Below, one piece after another: positions 19,986-29,355 of a DNA stretch of 64,000 bases. Position 1 is the stretch's first letter; each line of letters begins with the position of its first letter. Source of the stretch: Nitrosopumilus sp. (GTDB lineage Archaea > Thermoproteota > Nitrososphaeria > Nitrososphaerales > Nitrosopumilaceae); NCBI GenBank assembly GCA_965205425.1, contig CBDBGZ010000009.1:1120001-1184000 (forward strand), in the 5' to 3' direction. The position numbers and the translations under genes were made by a program. The notes under the pieces are model-generated. The model made no database searches, had not been told where the DNA came from, and saw only the letters and a program-made list of their open reading frames with translations.

Positions 19986-21548
19986 ATGCAATTAAGTGAG
20001 CTCCAAAACGATTCATTAGTGGAAATAGCAACTTTTCTTGTTAGAAGATGGTCTGAGAAAGACAACATCACAATAGAAATTTCAGATAAGACAGAAACTA
20101 AAGCACGATTAAAAGAAAATAAAGTAATCTTAACCCCATTAGAAAAAAGAATTGGGGATGATTTCCAAAAATATCGTCAATTTAGAACATCGCTATGGTA
20201 CGAAGCTATGAGAATAAAGTATTGTAAAAAAATTCTCAGCAATGATCATGCATTTGGATTTATTCTCAATACCATGGAAACTCAAAGGATTGAGCAGTTA
20301 GGTAGAGAGGTTTGGAAGGGTATGGATAATGAGATTCTTTTCAATTATACCTACATGCTTGTTTCAAGACCACAATTACACACAGTTTACGGAAAAGCAA
20401 GGGTTGTAGAAGCATTTTATCAATATTTCATGTTTGGCGTAATCAAAGGAGAAATGCAATTAAGTGATTTTGAGAAAATAAAAAAAGCAACAATATTTGC
20501 AAAAAAAATTGTTAATCAAGCAATTGATGAAAAACAAGATACTGATTGGGTAGAGAAAAATGTTAGTGAAATTATCAAAATATTAGATATTGATTCTCTT
20601 CTAACCATTCCAATATCACTACCATTTATGAAAGCTGGAATGGCATTATCTGAAGAAGAATTACTAAAGGTCTTAAAAATAATTTCAAAAAATAAAGAAG
20701 GGGATGTAGGAACTGTTGATCCCTCATCAATTCTTCGAGGAGATGATGTGTATGATGAATACAAAGTGTTGTTAGATGAAAATAAAAAAACTGAAAACAA
20801 AGGATTATCATCTGAAACTATTGGAATACAAATTCCATCTACAAGAAATGTAGATGAATCAACAATCTACGACATGCGATTGATTAATGGATTAAAAATC
20901 AAATTTAAAGAATGGAAATCAGGTTGGAAGGAACAACATCTTAGATCTGGAGATGAATTTGATGAGGAAAATTATATCGAAGAGCATGAGCCATTTTTTA
21001 CAGATGTAAAAAAATCAATAAAAACAAAAATTGTGATATTATTAGATCATTCATCTAGTATTGCATCTGATGCTATTGAATACAAAAAAGCAACTTTGGC
21101 GCTTTGTGAAGTTTTGGCTTTTCTTAAAGTAAAATTTGCAGTTTATGCCTTTAGTACAGAAAACAGAGCAATGGTATGTTGGTCAATTAAGCAAGATAAT
21201 GTCAAATGGAACAACATAACTGCAAAAAGACTAGCACAAATTGTTGCAAATGGTTCAACACCGTTGGCAGAGGTCTACGACAAAATGTTTCCAACACTTC
21301 AATCAAAAAGACCAGATATTTTTTTGACATTAACTGATGGCGAACCATCAGATCCAGATGCAGTTAGAAATATGACAAAATCATTCAAAGGATTGGGAAT
21401 AAACATGGTTGCTTTAGGATTAGGCCCAAATATTGTCAGAGCCACCACAATAGCTAACAATCTAAAACATTTAGGATATGAAAAAACTATGGCAGTAAGT
21501 AGACTAAATGATATTCCAAATAAGGTAATGAGTATTTTAGAAGGTTAA
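19986..21548 (+). CDS. VWA-domain partner protein (CbbO/NorD-like)
   Basis: DHSSS, GSTP and TDGEP MIDAS elements. Confidence 0.85.
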   Translation: MQLSELQNDSLVEIATFLVRRWSEKDNITIEISDKTETKARLKENKVILTPLEKRIGDDFQKYRQFRTSLWYEAMRIKYCKKILSNDHAFGFILNTMETQRIEQLGREVWKGMDNEILFNYTYMLVSRPQLHTVYGKARVVEAFYQYFMFGVIKGEMQLSDFEKIKKATIFAKKIVNQAIDEKQDTDWVEKNVSEIIKILDIDSLLTIPISLPFMKAGMALSEEELLKVLKIISKNKEGDVGTVDPSSILRGDDVYDEYKVLLDENKKTENKGLSSETIGIQIPSTRNVDESTIYDMRLINGLKIKFKEWKSGWKEQHLRSGDEFDEENYIEEHEPFFTDVKKSIKTKIVILLDHSSSIASDAIEYKKATLALCEVLAFLKVKFAVYAFSTENRAMVCWSIKQDNVKWNNITAKRLAQIVANGSTPLAEVYDKMFPTLQSKRPDIFLTLTDGEPSDPDAVRNMTKSFKGLGINMVALGLGPNIVRATTIANNLKHLGYEKTMAVSRLNDIPNKVMSILEG

Positions 21549-21594
21549 TTTTTCAAAATTATATCAGGATGTTATATATGAAGCAAAAAATCGA

Positions 21595-23154
21595 ATGGTT
21601 CTAGAGAAAAATATGTCTGAAAACGATTTTGATAAACCATTACTTGAAAAATTCGAGCAAGAAATTTGGAATAAAATTCCACATTTAGAAGGAGAAAAAG
21701 TAGTTAATGCAACACCGTTAATTGATCTCACTAATGATCTTAAAGAATGTGCAAAAAGTGTGTACAAATTAGATATTTCAAATTTAGATTTGAAAGTATA
21801 TGGGAAATTTGATGCCAATTTGTTATCAGGTTCAATCAAAGTTAGACCTGCAATTCACATTATGCATGATGCCATTAAAACAGGTAAATTGAAAAGTGAT
21901 CAAACAATCATTGAGGCAACATCAGGAAACTTTGGAATTGCCTTAGGACAAATGTCAAAGCTTGGATTAACTGTAGTATCACTTGTTTCAAGAAAATTAC
22001 AAGAAGGAGTGTTTAAGGAATTAAAAAATGAAGATATTCGAATAATGGATCTTGATATGGATATTTGTCCAGCACCAGGTATGAAAGATAGTGATGCTGA
22101 TGCATTAAAAGCAAAAGCAACTGCAGGTAATGTTCGTTCTCAATTAACAGAGTTAGGTTTTGATCCTACCATTTTTGATAATTCAATTTCTGAAATTGAA
22201 GCATTGTTAGCTGCACAAGACATTATCAATTTAGCAAAATTACTTGCAAAAATTTATGGATTTTTCTGTCCTGAACAATATGATAATGAATTAAACATTA
22301 ATGCTCATCAAACTATTACAGCAGTAGAAATTGAACAACAATTAAAAGAAAATTCAGATTCTTTAGAAGATTATAGAATTTGGTGTTCTTTTGGAACCGG
22401 TGGCACATCTGGAGGATTAAGCAGATATATGAATGAGAAATATGGTAAAAAAGCAATTCATGTTGTATTCCCAATTCCAGGTCAAGATGTAGCAGGTATT
22501 AGAACAAAGGCCAAAGCTGATGGTTTAAAATTATACAACTCAGATGCATATGAAGCTGAACACGAAGTAGATTTTGGACAAGCAAAACATTTGCTAAAAT
22601 TCTTTGTAGATAAAGGTCACAATATCGGTGAAAGTACTGCACTTGCGCTATACTCTATCCTAGAAAAGCTTAGTGACGGAGATAAAGGTAAATTCATAGT
22701 TGTAGTTGCAGATGGTATTGAAAAATATAGGAAGAATCTAGAAGCAATGTCAAGCAATAAGCGTATGCAAGTCTCATTAGATGAAGCATCATCAAGTGTC
22801 CAAGAATATGATAAAATAGTATGGGTTCATACATCATACACTCCAAAAGAAGAAGGAATTGAAATGATTGCTAAATCATTAGGAGTTGATAAAGAAAAAA
22901 TTGCAATACCTAAGGCCAGTACCATTAATCAATTATTATCTACACAACAAATTCCTGAAGAATTGAGTAAAGAACTAGATGGATCCAAAGGTAAATCATT
23001 GTTAATTTGTATGGCTGGAAATACATCATTAATGACGGCTCAAGTACTTGCAAGCAAAGGCATAGTAACTGAGAGTTTAAATGGAGGTATAACAAATTTG
23101 CCAGAAGGACAAGGTAAAAACCCAGGCCAATATATCAAAGCAGCTACTGAATAA
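21595..23154 (+). CDS. PLP-dependent cysteine-synthase-like enzyme with C-terminal rhodanese-like domain
   Basis: SGSIKVR, EATSGNFG, GTGGT; ICMAGNTS...LNGGI. Confidence 0.8.
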   Translation: MVLEKNMSENDFDKPLLEKFEQEIWNKIPHLEGEKVVNATPLIDLTNDLKECAKSVYKLDISNLDLKVYGKFDANLLSGSIKVRPAIHIMHDAIKTGKLKSDQTIIEATSGNFGIALGQMSKLGLTVVSLVSRKLQEGVFKELKNEDIRIMDLDMDICPAPGMKDSDADALKAKATAGNVRSQLTELGFDPTIFDNSISEIEALLAAQDIINLAKLLAKIYGFFCPEQYDNELNINAHQTITAVEIEQQLKENSDSLEDYRIWCSFGTGGTSGGLSRYMNEKYGKKAIHVVFPIPGQDVAGIRTKAKADGLKLYNSDAYEAEHEVDFGQAKHLLKFFVDKGHNIGESTALALYSILEKLSDGDKGKFIVVVADGIEKYRKNLEAMSSNKRMQVSLDEASSSVQEYDKIVWVHTSYTPKEEGIEMIAKSLGVDKEKIAIPKASTINQLLSTQQIPEELSKELDGSKGKSLLICMAGNTSLMTAQVLASKGIVTESLNGGITNLPEGQGKNPGQYIKAATE

Positions 23155-23159
23155 CAGCG

Positions 23160-23615
23160 TTGAAATGTCTTTCAGTTTCACAACCATTTGCGGATTTAAT
23201 TATTTTAGGAAAAAAGACCATTGAATTAAGGAATTGGAATACAAATTTTCGTGGAGAATTCTTGATTCATTCTCCACTAAAAATTAGAGTGGAAGATTCT
23301 AAAAGACTAAAAATTAAAAAGGAATTTGTTACAGGTGTAATTATTGGTAAAGTACAATTGTATGACGTTAAACAATATCATTCAATTAAAGAAATAAAAT
23401 CAGATCAAAAATTTCATTATGCATCAAAAAAATTTCAAAACAAAACTTTTGGATTTATGTTAAAAAATGTAAAACCATTTAGAATTCCAATCCCATGGAA
23501 AGGTCAACTAGGATTCTTTGATGTAGATATTCCAAAAACTAAAATCAAAAACAAAGAGATTGTGTCAGATATCATTGATGAAGAATTTAGATATCAATGG
23601 ATTGGACATCATTAG
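23160..23615 (+). CDS. ASCH domain protein
   Basis: LSVSQPFA..GKKTIELR; KGQLG. Confidence 0.88.
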   Translation: MKCLSVSQPFADLIILGKKTIELRNWNTNFRGEFLIHSPLKIRVEDSKRLKIKKEFVTGVIIGKVQLYDVKQYHSIKEIKSDQKFHYASKKFQNKTFGFMLKNVKPFRIPIPWKGQLGFFDVDIPKTKIKNKEIVSDIIDEEFRYQWIGHH

Positions 23616-23681
23616 AAAAATCTAAAAATTGAAAAAAATTCTTACTAGTATATATAAAGGGCCTATTTAAAGTCCCTCGTT

Positions 23682-24245
23682 ATGCCTCAAACTAAGCCAA
23701 TTGTTAGTGTTGAAAATGTTGTTGCATCTGCATCAGTAGACCAAAAAATTGATCTAATTGAAATTACTGAAAAATTTCCAGATACTGAATATCATCCAGA
23801 ACAATTTCCAGGACTTGTATTTAGATTAACAAATCCAAGAACTGCAACATTGATTTTTAGAACTGGTAAAATGGTGTGTACAGGGGCTAAATCAGAAGAG
23901 ATGGCAATCAAAGCAGTCAATACAGTTGTTCAAAAATTAAGAAAGGGTAAAATCAAGATCAAGAAAGATGCAGTTATTACAGTTCAGAATATTGTAGCAG
24001 CAATTAACCTTGGTGGAAAAATCCATTTAGAAAAAGCAGCAAGAACATTACCAAGAAGTATGTATGAACCAGAGCAATTCCCAGGGCTAATTCATAGAAT
24101 GTTAGATCCTAAAACAGTTATTCTATTATTTGCATCAGGTAAATTGGTGTGTACAGGGGCTAAAAAAGAATCAGATGTTTATCGTTCAGTTCACAATTTG
24201 CATGCATTATTAGAAGAAAAAACTCTAATGATATATGATCAATAA
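23682..24245 (+). CDS. tbp: TATA-box binding protein
   Basis: two repeats with YxPEQFPGL and GKxVCTGAK. Confidence 0.98.
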   Translation: MPQTKPIVSVENVVASASVDQKIDLIEITEKFPDTEYHPEQFPGLVFRLTNPRTATLIFRTGKMVCTGAKSEEMAIKAVNTVVQKLRKGKIKIKKDAVITVQNIVAAINLGGKIHLEKAARTLPRSMYEPEQFPGLIHRMLDPKTVILLFASGKLVCTGAKKESDVYRSVHNLHALLEEKTLMIYDQ

Positions 24246-24265
24246 TTTTTAGAAGATTTTAAAAA

Positions 24266-24487
24266 TTGACTAAAGATATTTTTGAAGATGAAAAAATTAA
24301 GCTAACTCCTAAAACAGGTTTTGATTTGATTGGCATAGATTATTTTGCAGAGCCTGGAAACCAATTATATTTAATAGAACATTTTGAAATGTATCAAGAT
24401 GCTTTGAATGCAAAAAAAGATAGAAAAAATCAAGACGAATATTTTGTGCTCTATAAAGGAACTGGAAATGAATTTTTCTGCAGATAG
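24266..24487 (+). CDS. hypothetical protein
   Basis: 73-aa ORF after tbp. Confidence 0.65.
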   Translation: MTKDIFEDEKIKLTPKTGFDLIGIDYFAEPGNQLYLIEHFEMYQDALNAKKDRKNQDEYFVLYKGTGNEFFCR

Positions 24488-24558
24488 ATTAGAAAAATCA
24501 TAAAACTTTACTAAATTTTACAATCTCTCTTATCATTCAGTTAAAAATTAAAAAAACC

Positions 24559-24809
24559 ATGCCTAGCGAAACAAGTGATTTGATTGATACATTATATGAA
24601 AAAGAAAATCCAGTTCAATCTAAACAAATTTCTAAACAAATTATTCGTAAAAGTCCAAAAGCAAAATATCAGATTTTTGATGAAATAGAGTTTACACGTG
24701 GAAGAGAAGTTCTTGGAGATCTAATTGTTCATGGAATGATAGCTTCGGGTGGAACTGACATAGATTGGCTGATTGAACACAAAGGGAGTTTCATCGTTCT
24801 AGAATTCAA
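24559..24809 (+). pseudogene. truncated PD-(D/E)xK-like protein cut by an IS end
   Basis: TDIDWLIEHKGSFIVLEF stops exactly where the IS terminus at 24810 begins. Confidence 0.6.
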
Positions 24810-24891
24810 CAGTACTTGGGAAAGTAACTACCTGACATCTTCCAAATAGTATTGAGATTTTATTCTCCTAAAGAAATCAACAATAATAACT
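24810..24891 (-). mobile_element. right-end remnant of an ISH3-like IS
   Basis: terminus CAGTACTTGGGAAAGTAA and C-terminal peptide IIVDFFRRIKSQYYLEDVR*, homologous to 43635-43737. Confidence 0.7.
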
Positions 24892-24901
24892 ATAACCATA
24901 T

Positions 24902-25993
24902 GTGCCAAAATCAGCTAGGAAATTAGATGGTACTTGCATTCGTATCAAGAAAGTAAGAAATGCAAACAAACACACTACCCTTCCTGAAAAAAAATATTTG
25001 ATGTTTGTAGGATTGGATGTTCACAAGAACTCTGTACAGGTGGCAGCAGTAGATGAGATTGGCAAATTGTTATTTAACAAAAAGATTTCCAGTGATTTTT
25101 CTGCTATTAGCAAAATTACATCCAAAATTCCAAAGAACGCAAAATATGTTTTAGAGTCATCATCTGTCTGGTATGGCCTTTATAGACACATGACAGACAA
25201 ATTACATCTTGATGTTATACTATCTAATCCATACAACACAAAGATAATAGCATCATCACTCAAAAAGACTGATAAAATTGATGCGTACCATCTTGCAAAT
25301 TTGCTACGAGGAGGATACATTGCAGAATCATTCGTGCCAGATCACACAATTGTGCAATACAGACAGCTTGTAAGACATCGACACAAGATTGTGCGCATCA
25401 TTGTAAAGATGAAGAATTCCATACATGGTATTACACTACAGGAGGGAATCCATATCAAAGCAACACCATTTTCCTCAGAACACATACGTGCACTTGGAAA
25501 ATTGGAGAGTTATAGAATAGATTCGTACCTACAAAGCATAAAATTTCACAAAAAGGAGGTTGCAAAAATAGATTCCATGATACGTCGCATGGTAAATGAT
25601 AATCCTGATGTGTGTATTTTGACATCAATACCTGGAGTTGGACCATACACTGCATTGAGCATATTCTCAGAAATTGCAGAGATTAGTAGATTTTCAAATT
25701 CTCACAAGTTATGTGCATATGCAGGGATTGTTCCATCGGTGAGAAATTCTGCAGATACAATACATCACGGAAGAATTACAAAGAGAGGAAGCACCATGCT
25801 AAGATGGTTGCTAGTGGAGGCAATTCATGCACATGTTAGATACGCACCAGATAGCGACATTACAAAATTTTACAATCGCATTAAGAAAAAGAGAGGAACC
25901 TCAAAGGCAGCAGTTGCTGCTGCATCAAAGTTATTGCGTGTCATATATTGGATGCTAAAAGAGAGGAGAGAATTTGTGCAAAATTACAGTTAG
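24902..25993 (+). CDS. IS110-family recombinase/transposase, intact (start uncertain, possibly ATG 25001)
   Basis: DEDD RuvC motifs GLDVHK, LESS, KTDKIDA; SIPGVG; YAGIVPSVRNSA (catalytic Ser); AAVAAASKL. Confidence 0.95.
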   Translation: MPKSARKLDGTCIRIKKVRNANKHTTLPEKKYLMFVGLDVHKNSVQVAAVDEIGKLLFNKKISSDFSAISKITSKIPKNAKYVLESSSVWYGLYRHMTDKLHLDVILSNPYNTKIIASSLKKTDKIDAYHLANLLRGGYIAESFVPDHTIVQYRQLVRHRHKIVRIIVKMKNSIHGITLQEGIHIKATPFSSEHIRALGKLESYRIDSYLQSIKFHKKEVAKIDSMIRRMVNDNPDVCILTSIPGVGPYTALSIFSEIAEISRFSNSHKLCAYAGIVPSVRNSADTIHHGRITKRGSTMLRWLLVEAIHAHVRYAPDSDITKFYNRIKKKRGTSKAAVAAASKLLRVIYWMLKERREFVQNYS

Positions 25994-26150
25994 GACTGCA
26001 AGTCGCGTTAGAGTTTTTGAGGGACAAGGCCTCGTCTGATAACTGCGAACAATCCTAACTAGGATGAAGATAGCATTGAGAGAATAGTCTCGTATGGATA
26101 CATGTCCGCATCTTTTGATTGAAACCATTCTCTAGCGAAAGCCATGCCCT
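25988..26150 (+). ncRNA. putative bridge RNA (seekRNA) of the IS1111-type element
   Basis: two stem/internal-loop/hairpin domains whose loop strands match the target flanks and the donor junction. Confidence 0.78.
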
Positions 26151-26198
26151 GATGTATGGAAAGAGAAGAAATGTATAAAAACAATTCACATGGATAAC

Positions 26199-27156
26199 TC
26201 TTGTTCCCTTCTCTGGCATCTTTCTTGCATATGCCTTTGCAGGGGTCTCAAGATTATCCCAGTCAAGTGACATGTGTGGCTTTATGTGATTGTACCAGTG
26301 GACCAGCTCATCAATGGTGCCAAACCATTTCTGCTTTCTCTGAATCTCGCCGTGAAATCTTTCGAGCTTGCCATTGGTTTGAGGATGGTTCACTCTTGCC
26401 ATGATATGCTTTATCTCTAATTTTACCAGTTCTTGCTCAAACTGGGATGCTCCTTTTCTCTTGTATTCTGATTGGTTTGCATAAAACTGGGAGCCATGAT
26501 CAGTTAGAATTGATGCAGGCCTACCGTGCTTTGCAATTGCCTCATGTAATACTACAAGTGCGTTATCTGTTGTTGCCTCTGCAAACACTCCATGAGAAAC
26601 GATAAACCTTGATGCGTCATCCTGGTAGCATAAGAACCATCTGCCATCATCTAGCTTCTTCCAGTCAGTATGCCACATGGAGTTTGAATATGTCCTTTCA
26701 TATCGAACCCACTTTCGTCTTCTCCTCTTCTTTGGCTGAGCTTCTGCCAACCCTTCATCTCTCATAATTTTGTGTATGGTATTGTGAGGTATGTGTGTTC
26801 CAGTAGTATCAATTATTTTCTCCAAGAATACTGCAGAACACCTGAACTTTTCAAATGTAGACTGGACAGTCTGCACCATCTGCTCTGTGATTATTCCCTT
26901 TGGCCTTCCAGACTTGCCTAGGATTGGAACTGCACCAGTACGGCGATACCGTGAGTAGAGTTTCTGCACCCACCGAACAGATATCTTCATGGATGAGGCA
27001 ACGTCTGCGTTCTTGGCACCGTCCTCTTTTGACTTGATTATCCAGGATATCTGGATTGGATCTAACTTTTGCATAATCTTGTGATTCTTTCCTCTTTTCC
27101 AAACGTATCTTGACTTTAGTCTGGAAATAATGGGGTGAACTAATTTGAGGATAATA
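26199..27156 (-). mobile_element. IS481-family element, 3'-truncated by the IS110 (transposase start about 27074)
   Basis: WHTDWK, DDASR, TDHGSQF, HPQTNGKLERFH, YNHIKPHMSL; no matching right TIR. Confidence 0.85.
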
Positions 27157-27431
27157 GACTCTACAATTTCCTTGACATTTTCTTTTGCATCTTTAATTTT
27201 GAAAGTGTAATCAAACAGTTGCCTTCCTTCAGGCCAGGATATTTTGATGTGTTTTTTGTCAGTTACCTCAACTGATGCAATCTGAGAATGCAACCTCTCA
27301 AAGAATATTCCTTTTGATTTCTGCTCCAATACAATTGCATTTGTGGTAACATACATGATTCCTTTACCATGTGGAGAATCGATTTCAAGCTCTTTTTCGA
27401 TTTTTTCATCATTTCTTAATACTAGTGTCAT
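27157..27431 (-). pseudogene. N-terminal fragment of a PH-like domain protein cut by IS481
   Basis: GIMYVTTNAIVL strand pattern; fused in frame to IS481 in the ORF track. Confidence 0.6.
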
Positions 27432-27567
27432 ACTCTAAATGCCTCCATTTTTGATAAAAGCCATATTTTCATCTGTATTATTATATGGATAAGTATTATA
27501 TTAATATTGAGTACAGTTTTTTATAAAAATTATAAAGTTTATAAAATATACCATACTCAATGATATT

Positions 27568-28449
27568 ATGGTTACTGTTGTTCCTGAGAAAAAGGGAAAT
27601 CTAACATATTATTTTCTACGACACAGCTCAGGCACTGATCAACTAAAGCGATATCTGGGAAAAACGATTCCCAAAAATATTGAACAACTAAAAGCAGATT
27701 TTCTTTTGGAATTTTATCAGAAACAATGGAATCCTAATTTTGAATCTATTTACAAAAACTATCAAAATGAAACAAAATCAATTCCATCTACCATAAAACT
27801 ACAAAATTTTGAGAGTTTTGGAATTACATTTACTTACAATACGCAAAGGATTGAAGGATCAACACTAACTCAAGAAGATACCAAAGATTTGTTAATTCAT
27901 GGTATCACTCCAAACAAAAAATCAAAAATTGACACTATTGAGACTCAGAGACATTATGATTTGTTTGTAAAACTAGTATCTTCAAAAAAACCAGATAAAA
28001 TAATATTTGATACAATTCTTTCATGGCATGGAAATATTTTTGAGCAAACACAAATTGGAGAAGCAGGTTCAGTCAGAACATATGTAGTGGGAATTAAAGG
28101 CAATCCAAAAATTCAGTTTGCAACAGTTCCAGAAATCAAACCTAGATTATCTAAGTTATTTACATGGCTTAACAGTTCTAAAAAAGATATGTCTCCAGTA
28201 GAGATTGCATGCAAAGCTCACTATGATTTTGTAGGAATTCACCCTTTTGGAGATGGTAATGGAAGAATATCTAGACTGTTAATGAATTACATTCTCTTCA
28301 AATATGATTATCCACTGATGACAATTTTTAACAAAAACAGAAAACCCTATTTCAAATCATTAGAAAGATCACAGCTAGAAGATAATTCTATACATTTCCA
28401 AAAATGGTTTATGAAAAATTATTTCAAAGAAAATAAAAAATATTTGTAA
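27568..28449 (+). CDS. Fic-domain protein
   Basis: HPFGDGNGRISR catalytic motif; TQRIEG inhibitory motif. Confidence 0.92.
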   Translation: MVTVVPEKKGNLTYYFLRHSSGTDQLKRYLGKTIPKNIEQLKADFLLEFYQKQWNPNFESIYKNYQNETKSIPSTIKLQNFESFGITFTYNTQRIEGSTLTQEDTKDLLIHGITPNKKSKIDTIETQRHYDLFVKLVSSKKPDKIIFDTILSWHGNIFEQTQIGEAGSVRTYVVGIKGNPKIQFATVPEIKPRLSKLFTWLNSSKKDMSPVEIACKAHYDFVGIHPFGDGNGRISRLLMNYILFKYDYPLMTIFNKNRKPYFKSLERSQLEDNSIHFQKWFMKNYFKENKKYL

Positions 28450-28517
28450 CTTGGGTTTGTAATTTATTAATTAGTCACTTTTACTGCCTAATTTTAGCAG
28501 ATTTCAGGATGATTATA

Positions 28518-29350
28518 TTAGAGTGTAATTTGGCCTACTCTTTTCTTTTGAACTTCATGCATTAAACATATCTCTGCAAACGCTGTTTCGTCAAAATAGA
28601 TTTTCTTTAATGAATTTCTTTTTTTAATTTCAGGATATTCACTATATTTCCTTCTGTTGATTGTTCTTCCTCCTGCTTTAGGTCTAAATCCTCCCCACTG
28701 CTTGAAAAATACTGCCACTTCTTGTTCTTTACACTGTTCTATTATTTCCTCAATCCATTTTTTTCAACTTGATGATAATGATGTCCACTTTCGCCTCCGA
28801 TAATTGCCCAATTAATTCCACGTAGGTTTACTTTTCCTACAGAATCAAGCAATGGCTCAAAACTGATAAATCTTGTATGGCATTTTACTTTCCGTAAATC
28901 GTTAATTCTTGAAACATAATTTTTATTTTCAACACTGACTCCCATCCACATAAAATTTGGAATTTTATGACCAAAATATTTGAAAAATAATTCTGAAAAT
29001 TCAGCCATTCTTTTTGGACGTTTAGTGAGAATTTGGTAATCGTGTTGATCTGCTTGAATCATAGTTGAGAAACATTTTCCTGTAAATTCAAATGTTGATT
29101 TCTCATGGAATAAATCCGACATGCTGTTTACAAAAATCTTTTTTGGTTTTTTCCATGTCAATGGTAATTCAACATCTGATGGATGTTCAATATACTGAAA
29201 TCCTTTTTTGTATTTTTGTTGTCCCATAGATTTCAATCTTTTTGTTAAAGTTTCAGCATAACAATTTTTACAACCTGGCGATATTTTTGTACATCCACTT
29301 GTGGGGTTCCATGTAGCTTCTGTCCATTCAATTTCAGAACCTATTGCCAT
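28518..29350 (-). pseudogene. DUF5131 (phage Gp37/Gp68-like) protein, frameshifted
   Basis: WNPTSGCTKISPGCKNCYAE, SMSDLFH, GGESG; FFKQWGG in another frame after an A7 run at 28758-64. Confidence 0.88.
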
Positions 29351-29355
29351 TATTC

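Larger units (their letters stand above)
24893..26194 (+). mobile_element. IS110/IS1111-type element
   Basis: ATAAC core at both junctions; sub-terminal IR ATGTG/CACAT, 7 and 3 nt from the ends; long non-coding right end. Confidence 0.88.

Noticed and set aside
23865..24163. 20-bp DNA repeat inside tbp
   Set aside because: Reflects the known internal duplication of TBP.
24490..24560. Second att site for the tRNA-Val island
   Set aside because: No copy of the tRNA 3' end found by eye.
26055..27431. 458-aa ORF as a novel PH-domain/transposase fusion
   Set aside because: Chance in-frame join of a host fragment, IS481 and the antisense of the IS110 right end.
28750..28770. Programmed frameshift or phase variation in DUF5131
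   Set aside because: The A7 run is short and the gene lies in a decaying island with an IS just upstream; simple decay is more likely.
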